From: Oscillospiraceae bacterium
GTDB taxonomy: Bacteria; Bacillota; Clostridia; Oscillospirales; Oscillospiraceae
Assembly (NCBI GenBank): GCA_015068395.1
Contig: SVKP01000056.1
Location: forward strand, 3,844 to 67,843
DNA length: 64,000 nt
Direction: 5' to 3'
The notes under the pieces are model-generated. The model made no database searches, was not told the origin of the DNA, and saw only the letters and a list, made by a program, of their open reading frames with translations. The first letter of the stretch is position 1. Each line of letters starts with the position of its first letter. Position numbers and translations under genes: made by a program. Positions 25,467-34,871 of the stretch are shown here, one piece after another.

Positions 25467-26426
25467 GTGAACAAACAGATTTTCAGCTTGCTCGGCACCA
25501 TCGGCGCAAGCCCCTATATGATTGGCGCGAAGCGCTTGAATTCGCAGTACGCCAGACTGGAGACGCTGTATGAGCAGGGGGATTTTGCCGAATGCGTCAC
25601 GGTGAGCGGCGCGGTCTTTCAGCAGATCATGGAGAGCCTGTACCTCAGCGTGATGGGGGATGAAGCGCCGCTGAGCGTGATCCTCAGCGACATCGAGTTC
25701 TGGAAGCTCATCGGCAACCAGACCTTCTGTGACACCGCGGGGATGCTCCACTACGCCTGCGAGCGGTTCAGTGAGGGGACGCAGAGTGAGGCGGAGTCCG
25801 GAAAGGCGGCGAGTCTGACAAAATCCGGGCTGGACGACGTTATTTCCTACACGGAGCGTTTTTTGTCCCAGCAGGGGCGGAAAAAATGCCTCGACCCGAT
25901 CATCCTGCGGCGCGACGACGTCAGGGAGCCCGTCGCAAGGCTGGTGGAGAAATTCCGCGCGAGGCTGGACAGAGCGGGGTGCAGCGGCGGCTTTTCCATG
26001 CAGCCCCCGTTTATGAACGCGGGATTTCTGGACTTCCCGGAGGAGGAGATTGCCGTCTGGGCGAGGTTCCTGACCGCAAGGCTGCACAGGGCGGGGCTTC
26101 TGACGCACGACAGGCTGAACACGTTGGACGCCGAGCAGGTCGTCGACGAGCGCGTGGGCATGACAAACGAGTTCATTCGCCGCGCCGCGGCGTCCGCAAA
26201 CGGGGGAGGGCTGCTGATCGAGCACTTTGAGGCGTTCGACATGCCCTGCCTCGGCGGGAACCTGATGGACCGAGCGCTGAAAACCACCGTCACCGCCGCG
26301 GAAAAATACCGGGGCTCGCTGTGCATCGTCGTGTCCGGGCGGGGCGAGAACGTTGAAAAGACCTTCCAGAGCGTGGAGCGCGGCGCGGAGTATTTCCCGC
26401 TGGTGATCTCGCTCCGGGAGACGTGA
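25467..26426 (+). CDS. Hypothetical protein: helical N-terminus plus degenerate SpoVK/CbbX-like AAA domain
   Basis: AAGGAG RBS and GTG 25467. C-terminal ARFL...LHRAGLL...VVDERVGMT...ANGGGLLIEH resembles CbbX/SpoVK but has no GxxGxGKT. Confidence 0.65.
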   Translation: MNKQIFSLLGTIGASPYMIGAKRLNSQYARLETLYEQGDFAECVTVSGAVFQQIMESLYLSVMGDEAPLSVILSDIEFWKLIGNQTFCDTAGMLHYACERFSEGTQSEAESGKAASLTKSGLDDVISYTERFLSQQGRKKCLDPIILRRDDVREPVARLVEKFRARLDRAGCSGGFSMQPPFMNAGFLDFPEEEIAVWARFLTARLHRAGLLTHDRLNTLDAEQVVDERVGMTNEFIRRAAASANGGGLLIEHFEAFDMPCLGGNLMDRALKTTVTAAEKYRGSLCIVVSGRGENVEKTFQSVERGAEYFPLVISLRET

Positions 26427-26431
26427 GGCAT

Positions 26432-26487
26432 AAAACAGCCTGTGAAAAACTGGGTGCCGTCACCCTTTCTTCACAGGCTGTTTTTTT
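26432..26487. terminator. Bidirectional terminator
   Basis: AAAACAGCCTGTGAA...TTCACAGGCTGTTTTTTT between convergent genes. Confidence 0.75.
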
Positions 26488-28663
26488 ACTCGTCGGCGTG
26501 GGATTCCGCGATGCGGCGGAACTCGTCCTTGGCGTGCAGGAACGCCTCCACCACCGCGGGGTCGAAGTGCGTGCCGGAGCCCTTGCAGATCGCCTCTGTC
26601 GCGCTTTCGACTGAGTGCGGCTCCTTGTAGCTGCGGCGGGAGACCAGCGCGTCGAACACGTCTGCCACCGCCATGATCCGCGCGGATAGCGGAATTGCCT
26701 CCCCGGAGAGGCCGGTGGGGTAGCCGCTCCCATCCCAGCGCTCGTGGTGATAGGCGGCGAGGTTCCGCGCCTCCTCCAGATAGCCGGAGTCCTCCGACAC
26801 GATGTCGATGGCGCGCGAGATGATCTTGCTGCCCTCGGTGGTGTGGCTCTTCATCTGTGCGAATTCCTCGTCCGTGAGACGGGCGGGCTTGTTGAGGATC
26901 GCGTCGGGGACCTGGATCTTGCCGATGTCGTGCAGCGGCGCGGAGCGGATCACATCGTTGATGAACTGGTCGGTGAGAATGTCAGTGTGCACGCCGTCCC
27001 GGCGCATCTGCTCCATGATCGCCTTGGTGTACTCCGCGGTCTTGCGAATGTGGTGGCCGGTATAGCGGTCGCGGCTTTCCACAATGTCCGCGAGGACCAT
27101 GGTAAGGCCCTCCTGCAGCTTGCTGATCTCCTCGCTTTTTTCCTGCGAGTCGGAGATGTAGCGCACGGTGTCCTCGGTGGTCTTTTCCAGCGCCGTGTAA
27201 AGGTGCTCGATCTCATCGCCGGTGCGGATGCCAAGCTCGTGGATGCGGCCCAGACTGTCCGATCGCGCCGATTCGCTGTCGTAGGCGAATGCCCCGGCGG
27301 CGAGCGCCATCGTGTTGATGGGGAAGGTGATGTTATACTCCGCGAGCCAGAGGCTCAGCGCCAGCACGAGCACCAGAAAGCCGAAGAACAGGGAGATCAG
27401 CTTGGCGATGAAGGCGTATTCGTCCGCCATCAGCTGCTCCATGGAGATGTCCGCCGCGACATAGCAGCGGCAGGAGCCGTCGTCGTCGTATACGGGCTTA
27501 TAGACCATCAAAAGCCAACCAAATGAATCGTTGGAGACGATGTAGCCGTCGATCTCCCTTCCGGCGAGAAACGAGGAAAGATACGGCTGGAGCGCCTTTT
27601 CCACGGGAATAACGTCGCCCGGCTCGTTGCCCTTTATCTCCTCGGTGTCCAGATCGAAGACCACGTGGCAGCCGTCCTCGCGGATCTGGTAGGCGTAGAG
27701 GTACAGGATGTTGGGCGAGTTGGCGCGAATGAATTCCAGCTCCGCCTCGGTCTCCGCGTAGCCTTCCGCTTCCTCGCCCAGCGCGAGGTATTCGTCCACA
27801 CGATAGGCGTCGATGGCGTCGGCGGCAAGGCTCGCCACGCTGGAGGCGATCTGCGCCTGCTCGTTCTCCACGGCGTCCCGGAAGAGCCGGAAGCTGATGG
27901 TTGCCGCCGAGACGGAAATCAGCACGGTCGCGGCGGCGATCAGGATGAGTATTTTCGAGCGCAGCGACATCGTGCGCGAGTAGCGGCGCTGTGCCGCCTC
28001 CTTTGCCTCGGCGTTCAGCGGGACCTGCTGCCAGCCGAACAGCTGGAAGCAGTCGATCCACTTTTTTGGCATCAGCCGCCGCAGCAGCACGGCGATGACG
28101 ACCGTGACCGCCTTGTCCGCGAGGTCTATGAGCATGTTGGCGGTGAACAGACCCCAGAACGGCAGCATGCCCGTGCGCGCGCAGATCTGATTGCTGAATT
28201 CTGTGGTGATGTCCTCGCCGATGCGGAATCCGTTCAGAAGCCAGGTCAGGCAGGAGCCCAGCCCGCCGCCGATGAACGCAAGCAGAAAGATGGTCAACAG
28301 GATGCCGAGAAGCTTGCTCAGCCAGCCCTTTTTCGCGGCATAAGCGGCGCACAGGCCAATCAGCACGCTCAATGAGCCGTAATACGCGGTGAACGGGTCC
28401 GCAATGCTGGCAATGGCGTTGGTCAGAAAGCCGACCGCGACGCCGGGCAGAAATCCGCCCGCCGCGGCGGCAAGGATGGTGCCGACGTTGTCCAGATACA
28501 GCGTGAGGTCCAGCGCCTTGGCGAGCCGGATGCCGCCGATGTTGATCAGCAGGCACGCAGCGCTGAGCAGAAGGACGGAAACGACGCCCCGCCTTCGCTC
28601 CTGATGGGTCTCCGGCTTCGCGCGAAGCTCGCCGAAATATGTCTCATTAGAGAATGGACGCAT
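26486..28663 (-). CDS. Membrane HD-GYP phosphodiesterase with N-terminal ECF S-component-like domain
   Basis: LYLDNVGTILAAAAGGFLPGVAVG...DLADK (S-component-like), extracellular loop, HAMP-like DEIEHL, HDIGK, HHERWDGSGYP and ADVFDALVSRRSYK. Confidence 0.88.
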   Translation of the reverse strand: MRPFSNETYFGELRAKPETHQERRRGVVSVLLLSAACLLINIGGIRLAKALDLTLYLDNVGTILAAAAGGFLPGVAVGFLTNAIASIADPFTAYYGSLSVLIGLCAAYAAKKGWLSKLLGILLTIFLLAFIGGGLGSCLTWLLNGFRIGEDITTEFSNQICARTGMLPFWGLFTANMLIDLADKAVTVVIAVLLRRLMPKKWIDCFQLFGWQQVPLNAEAKEAAQRRYSRTMSLRSKILILIAAATVLISVSAATISFRLFRDAVENEQAQIASSVASLAADAIDAYRVDEYLALGEEAEGYAETEAELEFIRANSPNILYLYAYQIREDGCHVVFDLDTEEIKGNEPGDVIPVEKALQPYLSSFLAGREIDGYIVSNDSFGWLLMVYKPVYDDDGSCRCYVAADISMEQLMADEYAFIAKLISLFFGFLVLVLALSLWLAEYNITFPINTMALAAGAFAYDSESARSDSLGRIHELGIRTGDEIEHLYTALEKTTEDTVRYISDSQEKSEEISKLQEGLTMVLADIVESRDRYTGHHIRKTAEYTKAIMEQMRRDGVHTDILTDQFINDVIRSAPLHDIGKIQVPDAILNKPARLTDEEFAQMKSHTTEGSKIISRAIDIVSEDSGYLEEARNLAAYHHERWDGSGYPTGLSGEAIPLSARIMAVADVFDALVSRRSYKEPHSVESATEAICKGSGTHFDPAVVEAFLHAKDEFRRIAESHADE

Positions 28664-28873
28664 GGAAATCCCTCCCCCTGAAATACACGAACAAACCCAT
28701 CTTTGATTTTAGAGAAGCGCGAGAGGCTTGTCAATGGGTTCCGCGCATCGGGGTGAGATTTTTTTGCAAGGCGGCGCGCCGCCTTTTTCTCCTGATTGCC
28801 CATTGTGCTCAGAGTACGGATGTGGTAAAATATACCGAAACGGCTCGAAAACTGACGGAGCGGGGGAAAACGC

Positions 28874-30778
28874 GTGAAAAAAACCTGTATTGTTTTGGGG
28901 ATGATCGTGATAATGCTCAATCTGTTCGGATGCGCCGCGGCGAAGGAGGCTAGGCTGGCGGGAAAGCTGGAATCCCGCGGCTCCTGCGGCGAGAATATGA
29001 CGTGGGAATACGACGCCAAGACCCAGACGCTCATGATCTCCGGGTCCGGCGACATGGTGACGCCGAAGAAATACATGTGGAGCGGCTATCCAATCAAAAG
29101 CCTCGTCATCTCGGAGGGCGTCACGTCCGTCGCCGCCACGGCATTTTATTCCAACCAGACGCTGCGCTGTGAGTTGAGGCTCCCGAGTACGCTGAAAACC
29201 GTTGAGGAATTTGCCTTCTACGGCTGCGGCGCGCTGGCGGGGACGCTGGCGCTGCCCGACGCCGTGGAGACGGTCGAGGGCTACGCCTTTACGCGCTGCA
29301 CCGGCTTTGACGCCCTGGCGCTGTCCGCGTCGCTGCGGAGCGTCGGGGACGAGGCGTTCGCCAAGCTGTCGGGCGTGACGGGGACGCTGGCGCTGCCGGA
29401 GGGGCTTGAGACGATCGGCGCAAGCGCGTTTTATGAATGCGCGGGGCTGCGCGGCGGCCTGAGCCTGCCCGATTCCGTCACGGCGCTCGGAAGCTATGCG
29501 TTTGCCGACTGCGGCTTTGACGGGGAGCTCCGGCTTTCCGCGGGACTTACTGAGATCCCGGACAACTGCTTTACCAACTGCAAGTCGCTGACCGGGGCGC
29601 TGACGATCCCGGCGGGCGTCAAAAGCGTCGGCTGGTCCGCCTTTTCCGGCTGCGGGTTCGACGGCGCGATTACGCTGCCGGAGGGCTTGGAGCGCATTGA
29701 AAAATACGCCTTTTCCCATTGTGGGGGACTGCGCGGCGCGCTCTCCCTCCCGGACAGCCTCGCGTACCTCGGCGAGCACGCCTTTGAGAGCGATGAATGC
29801 CTGACGTCCCTTCGGCTGCCGACGGCGCTGCCGGCGATCTGTGCGGGTACCTTTCAGGGCTGCGCCGGACTCTCCGGGGAGCTGGCGCTTCCCAAAACGC
29901 TGCTCGTCGTCGGGGACCTCGCGTTTTCCGGCACGGGCTTCAGCGCCGTGCGGGAATTCCCGGAGGGTCTGCGCTCCATCGGGAAGGGCAGCTTTAGCGG
30001 CTGCCGCAGCCTGAGCGCGCTTCCCGCTCTGCCGGATTCTCTGGAGCATATCAAGGACGGCGCGTTTTCGGGCTGCGCGGGGCTGCAAGGCGCCGTCGCG
30101 ATCCCGGACGGCGTGTACAGCGTCGGAAGGCGCGCATTCTCCGGCTGCTCCGGCGTCACGGACGTCACCTTCGGCGCAAACGTCCGCAGTATCGGGAGCG
30201 AAGCCTTTCGGGACTGCGACGCGCTGAAAACGGCGGCCTTTGCCGGAAAAACGGCGCCGGACTACTACGGCGCGGAGGAAGAAAAGCCGAGCTTCCCGGC
30301 GGCATGCCGCGTGAGCGCCCCGTCCGGCGGAAGCGGCTGGCGCGAGGCGTGGGAGACCGCAAAGGCGGACACGCTTCCCGCCGCCGGGGGAGAGCCTGCC
30401 GCGAAGGAGGTGCCCGATTTCTGGACGAATCATCTTGGCAACCGGAATTTTGTCGGCGCGGGGATCTTTGCCGACGTGACGCTGCAATTTGACAACGGAA
30501 CGCTCCGCGCCTCCGTAAACGGGCGTGCCCTTGACGAGACAGCGTATTCTGCGGACGGAAACGACTATGAGAACCAGACCGTCTATACGGACGGGCTGTT
30601 CTGCCGCGACGGGTGGATCAAAAACTTCCACTATGAAAGCGACTCGTCGGGCAACGCAAGGCTTACCGGGGAGCTTTTCGGCGAGAACGGCGCCGTGCGG
30701 ACGATCGTCTTCCACACCGGGTCCGAGGAGTGCCTGTATATCCGTTATGAAAACGGCGTCCCGGTATTTACAATCTGA
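28874..30778 (+). CDS. BspA-type LRR lipoprotein
   Basis: Lipobox LFGC, GSCGENMTW module and ~24-aa LPxxLxxIGxxAFxxC repeats. Confidence 0.9.
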   Translation: MKKTCIVLGMIVIMLNLFGCAAAKEARLAGKLESRGSCGENMTWEYDAKTQTLMISGSGDMVTPKKYMWSGYPIKSLVISEGVTSVAATAFYSNQTLRCELRLPSTLKTVEEFAFYGCGALAGTLALPDAVETVEGYAFTRCTGFDALALSASLRSVGDEAFAKLSGVTGTLALPEGLETIGASAFYECAGLRGGLSLPDSVTALGSYAFADCGFDGELRLSAGLTEIPDNCFTNCKSLTGALTIPAGVKSVGWSAFSGCGFDGAITLPEGLERIEKYAFSHCGGLRGALSLPDSLAYLGEHAFESDECLTSLRLPTALPAICAGTFQGCAGLSGELALPKTLLVVGDLAFSGTGFSAVREFPEGLRSIGKGSFSGCRSLSALPALPDSLEHIKDGAFSGCAGLQGAVAIPDGVYSVGRRAFSGCSGVTDVTFGANVRSIGSEAFRDCDALKTAAFAGKTAPDYYGAEEEKPSFPAACRVSAPSGGSGWREAWETAKADTLPAAGGEPAAKEVPDFWTNHLGNRNFVGAGIFADVTLQFDNGTLRASVNGRALDETAYSADGNDYENQTVYTDGLFCRDGWIKNFHYESDSSGNARLTGELFGENGAVRTIVFHTGSEECLYIRYENGVPVFTI

Positions 30779-30793
30779 ACAAGGAGAGAGCAT

Positions 30794-31018
30794 ATGGATA
30801 TCTATTCGGAAAACCCGCTTCAGGACTGCCCCTACTGCGGGGGCGCGGGCCTGCTGGAGGAGGAAAACGGCTGGTGCTGGTATGCGATGTGCATGGACTG
30901 CGGCGCGCAGACTGCGCACTTCGAATTCAAAACGCCCGAGGGGCGGGCGGAGGCGGCGCGGATGGCGGCGTACACCTGGAACATCGGCAAGGTCATCCGC
31001 GGCGACCTCTCCGAGTGA
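30794..31018 (+). CDS. Lar-family (restriction alleviation-like) zinc-finger protein
   Basis: LQDCPYCGG...CMDCGAQT...AAYTWN pattern with an AAGGAG RBS. Confidence 0.7.
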   Translation: MDIYSENPLQDCPYCGGAGLLEEENGWCWYAMCMDCGAQTAHFEFKTPEGRAEAARMAAYTWNIGKVIRGDLSE

Positions 31019-31104
31019 CCGCCGGAGCGGATCGTTCTTTTCGGGAAGCTTTTGCCACGCTTTGCATATGCTGTAGGGAACTATCCTGATCGGAGGTATG
31101 ATCT

Positions 31105-31698
31105 ATGGGAGAGCCGCAGCAACTGCCGAGCGAGGCGGATTACCGCAGATATGACAGGATCTGGCGCAGGGTGTCGCCGGGGCTGGACCCTTACCCCGAG
31201 GTGCGCGCAGCGCAGCCGGACATAACCATGGAGCCGCAGCTGCCGGTCGCGCCCGGCGCGAACGGAGAGAGCTGCTGCCTGGGCGCGGCGGCGCAAAGCG
31301 AGCTGGAGATCATCCGCGCCTTTCTGCGCGGCGAGCTGGCGGACGCGCAGACCTACCGCGCGTTTGCCGCGCTTGCGCCGACGCCGGAGGGCAGGCAGGC
31401 GATGCGTCGCCTTGCTTCCGACGAGGCGGCCCACGCAAAAACGCTGCAAAGCGTCCACTTCCTCATCACCGGCGGGACCTATCCCGTGACGGTGGTGCTG
31501 CCGCCGCAGCCGCGGCTTTTGTGGCGTGACCGGTTGCGCGCTCGCTGGCACGAGGAGGCGTGCGGCGGGGCAAATTACGCCGCCGCGGCGGAGCGGACGA
31601 CGGACGTCTGCCTCAAACGGATTCTGGAAAAGCTCTCCGCCGACGAGTACCGCCACGCGGAGCTGCTGCGCGGACTTCTGGAAAAGGCGCTTGCCTGA
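31105..31698 (+). CDS. Ferritin-like/rubrerythrin-fold protein, likely sporulation-associated
   Basis: Two DExxH motifs (DEAAH, DEYRH), GGAGG RBS and upstream CATATGCTG (31065-73) SigE/SigK-like -10. Confidence 0.75.
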   Translation: MGEPQQLPSEADYRRYDRIWRRVSPGLDPYPEVRAAQPDITMEPQLPVAPGANGESCCLGAAAQSELEIIRAFLRGELADAQTYRAFAALAPTPEGRQAMRRLASDEAAHAKTLQSVHFLITGGTYPVTVVLPPQPRLLWRDRLRARWHEEACGGANYAAAAERTTDVCLKRILEKLSADEYRHAELLRGLLEKALA

Positions 31699-31813
31699 CT
31701 GCGGGCGGCGAGAAGGAAAAAAAGCTTGCAATGTGAATGCAAAAAGGGTAGAATAAGGGCGTTTTTCCAATCGAAAAACAAAAACTACCAAAGAGAACGG
31801 AAGGAACATTCCC

Positions 31814-32560
31814 ATGCTTGACGTATCCCATGTAACGAAAAAATACGGCAAGGTCGTCGCCTGCGACGACATGTCGTTTCACCTTGACCCCGGCAGCGTG
31901 ACCGTGCTGCTGGGGCCCAACGGCGCGGGCAAGAGCACGATTATGAAGTCCATCATCGGCTTTCTGCGCTATGAGGGCGAGATCCGCGTCGGATCGTATG
32001 AGAACAAGAGCGTCGAGGCGCGGCGGCTCCTGGGCTATATCCCGGAGATGCCCTCGCTCTATCCCAACCTCACCGCGTCGGAGCACATGGAGTTCATCGC
32101 GCGGGCGTACCGGCTCAAAAACTACAGGCAGTTTGCCGACGAGCTGTTTGAGCGCTTTGAGCTCAGCGAGAAAAAACGCAAGTTTGGCGACGAGCTGTCC
32201 AAGGGCATGCAGCAAAAGCTCAACATCTGCCTCGGGCTTCTGCCGCAGCCGAAGCTGCTGCTGCTCGACGAGCCGATGATCGGACTGGACCCGCACGCCA
32301 TCAAGCAACTCAAGGAGCTGATCGAAAACATGCGCGCCGAGGGCAGGACGCTTCTCGTGAGCACCCACATCATCGACAGCGTGGATATGCTCTGGGACCG
32401 CACGATCATCCTGCAAAACGGCACCGTGCGCGCCAACATCACGCGCGATGAGCTGGACGCTGACGGCCGGACGCTCGAGCAGCTGTTCTTTGACGTGACC
32501 GAGGGCGTGGAGCGCGGCGACATGGCGCATAGCGAAGACGCGGAGGCGCAGGAGGCATGA
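31814..32560 (+). CDS. ABC exporter ATP-binding protein
   Basis: GPNGAGKS, LSKGMQQK and LLLDEPMIGLD. Confidence 0.93.
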   Translation: MLDVSHVTKKYGKVVACDDMSFHLDPGSVTVLLGPNGAGKSTIMKSIIGFLRYEGEIRVGSYENKSVEARRLLGYIPEMPSLYPNLTASEHMEFIARAYRLKNYRQFADELFERFELSEKKRKFGDELSKGMQQKLNICLGLLPQPKLLLLDEPMIGLDPHAIKQLKELIENMRAEGRTLLVSTHIIDSVDMLWDRTIILQNGTVRANITRDELDADGRTLEQLFFDVTEGVERGDMAHSEDAEAQEA

Positions 32561-34209
32561 GACTGTTCGGATACTATGCGCTCCACTCCTTTTTCAACCA
32601 GCTCAAAAAGATATTCAAGACCTGGGTGCTGGTGTTCATCCTCGTCTGCGCGCTTCTCGGCGGCGTGATCGGCTACGGCGCGGCACGGATCGCGATGGTC
32701 GCGGAGGAACAGGACACGCAGGTCGAGGAAGAGGAGGAAAAGCCGTCCTATCTTGAGGAGCACGGGCTCAGCCGCATGGACGTGGTGGAGCTGATCGGCG
32801 GTTTCATCATTCTGGGTATGCTGACCTATGAGGCGCTCAGCGCGGACAAAAACGGCAGCAAGATCTTCCTGCCCGCGGATATCCCGCTGCTGTTTGCCTC
32901 GCCGCTCAAGCCGCAGTCGGTGCTGATGTTCCGGCTGATGACGCAGCTCGGCACGGCGGCGTTCCTCGCAATCTATCTGATGCTCCAGCTCCCAAATCTG
33001 ATGAACGCCGGATTGAGCGCATGGGGCGCGGTCGCGGCGATCCTTGCCTTCTGCATGACGATCGTGGTCGGCAAGTTCATGCAGGTGCTGCTCTATCTGC
33101 TCTGCTCACAGCATCCCCGGCTCAAGGACAACCTGCGCCGCATCGTCTACGCGATCCTGGCGCTGCTGTTCGGCGGCTATCTGCTCTCGTGGAAGACCGG
33201 GGGCGGGGAGTGGCTGCCCGCGGCGGTGCGCTTCTTCTGCGCCCCGGCGTCGCGCTATATCCCAGTGTGGGGCTGGTTGAAGGGATTTTTCCTGTACGCC
33301 TCTGAGGGGCAGAACGGAAAGGTGCTGCTCTGCCTTGCCCTGATCGTCGCGTCCGTGCTGGCGCTCCTCTGGGGCATCAGCCGCGTCCATGCGGATTTCT
33401 ACGAGGACGCGATGGCAAAGTCGGAGGAGACCGCGGCGCTTCTCGCCGACGTGGAGCGGCAGCGAGAGGGCGGCGTTTCGCTCAAGCGGCGCAAAAAGGA
33501 CCGCAGTGAAAAGCTCCGCCGCGACTCGATGTCCCACGGCGAAGGTGCGAACGTGTTTTTCTACAAGTCGCTCTACAACCGCTTCCGCTTTGCGCATTTC
33601 GGCGTCTTCACCAAAACGACGGAGGCCTATCTTGCCGCCGCGCTCGGAATGTGGGCGCTGTGCCGCTTTGTGTTTGAGGAGGACGCCGCGCTGCCCATCG
33701 TGCTGGCGCTGGCGGTGCTTGCGTTCTTCCGCGCGCTGGGCAACCCGCTGGACGAGGACACGAAGATGGGCTTCTTTATCCTCATTCCGGAGAGCATGTG
33801 GGCGAAGCTGTTTTACTCCCTGATGGGCGGCACGGTGAACTGCGCGATCGACATGCTGCCCGCCATGCTCGCCGCCGTGCTGCTGACCGGCATGAACCCG
33901 CTCACCGCGCTGGCGTGGCTGCTTTTTGCCGTGTCGGTGGACTTCTACGCCACGACCGTCGGCGTTTTCATCGGACTCTCGGTGCCCGTTGCTGCGGGAA
34001 AGATGGTCAAGCAGTTTGCGCAGATCCTGTTTGTCTACTTCGGCTTGCTGCCGGATATCGCCATCATGGCGTTCGGCATCGTCATGGGACACACCGCGCT
34101 TGCGGCGATCGGGGCGGCTGTGCTGAACGTCGCGCTGGGACTGATCTTCTTCTCGCTTGCGCCGCTGTTCCTTGAGCCCAAGGGCGGCAAGCCGGTGAAA
34201 CGGACATAA
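32557..34209 (+). CDS. Putative ABC exporter permease
   Basis: About 12 TM helices in two halves, FLPADIPLLFASP and DFYED motifs. Coupled to the ATPase. Confidence 0.85.
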   Translation: MRLFGYYALHSFFNQLKKIFKTWVLVFILVCALLGGVIGYGAARIAMVAEEQDTQVEEEEEKPSYLEEHGLSRMDVVELIGGFIILGMLTYEALSADKNGSKIFLPADIPLLFASPLKPQSVLMFRLMTQLGTAAFLAIYLMLQLPNLMNAGLSAWGAVAAILAFCMTIVVGKFMQVLLYLLCSQHPRLKDNLRRIVYAILALLFGGYLLSWKTGGGEWLPAAVRFFCAPASRYIPVWGWLKGFFLYASEGQNGKVLLCLALIVASVLALLWGISRVHADFYEDAMAKSEETAALLADVERQREGGVSLKRRKKDRSEKLRRDSMSHGEGANVFFYKSLYNRFRFAHFGVFTKTTEAYLAAALGMWALCRFVFEEDAALPIVLALAVLAFFRALGNPLDEDTKMGFFILIPESMWAKLFYSLMGGTVNCAIDMLPAMLAAVLLTGMNPLTALAWLLFAVSVDFYATTVGVFIGLSVPVAAGKMVKQFAQILFVYFGLLPDIAIMAFGIVMGHTALAAIGAAVLNVALGLIFFSLAPLFLEPKGGKPVKRT

Positions 34210-34221
34210 GGAGGGCACAAT

Positions 34222-34824
34222 ATGCAGCTTTTGATTATTCGGCACGGGGAGTCCGAGGCGGATATCCTGAACGTCCACGAGGGCCGGGCGGATTTTCCGC
34301 TTACGCCGCGGGGGCACAGGCAGGCGGAGGCAATGGCGGCGTACGTCGCGGGGCATTACCGTGTCGCGCGCATTTACCACAGCACGCTCACGCGGGCGAG
34401 ACAGACCGCGGAGCATCTGGCGGAGGCGGCGCGCTGCCCGCTGATCCCATGCGACGAGCTGATGGAGTTCAACAACGGGCTGCTCGCGGGGCTGTCCCGC
34501 GAGGAGGCGGACGAAAAGTACCCGGAGGTCCCGGATCTGCCGCTCGATCAGGCGATGTACGGTATGGAGAGCAAGCTTGCCTTCCGCGAGCGCGCGGAGC
34601 GCGCGCTTGCGCGCATTTTGGAGGAGACGGGGGAGGACGAGACGGTCGCCGTCGTGTCCCACGGCGGCATGATCAATCAGCTCTGCCACGCTTTCCTGCG
34701 CCTTCCCATTGCGGATGGCTGCGTGTTTGCAACGGGCGATACCGGCGTCCATGTCTGGTTTGTGCGCGGGGAAAAGCGCGTGATCCTGACCGCGAACCGA
34801 ACGGAGCATGCGGATCACCTATAA
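34222..34824 (+). CDS. Histidine phosphatase family protein
   Basis: IRHGES, STLTRARQTA and VVSHGG. Confidence 0.93.
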   Translation: MQLLIIRHGESEADILNVHEGRADFPLTPRGHRQAEAMAAYVAGHYRVARIYHSTLTRARQTAEHLAEAARCPLIPCDELMEFNNGLLAGLSREEADEKYPEVPDLPLDQAMYGMESKLAFRERAERALARILEETGEDETVAVVSHGGMINQLCHAFLRLPIADGCVFATGDTGVHVWFVRGEKRVILTANRTEHADHL

Positions 34825-34871
34825 AAAGAGCTTCGCGCCCGCGGGCGCGAAGCTCAAATTTTATGGGTGGT

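Noticed and set aside
28874-31698. Prophage remnant suggested by the Lar-like gene
   Set aside because: No integrase, structural genes or att-like repeats nearby.
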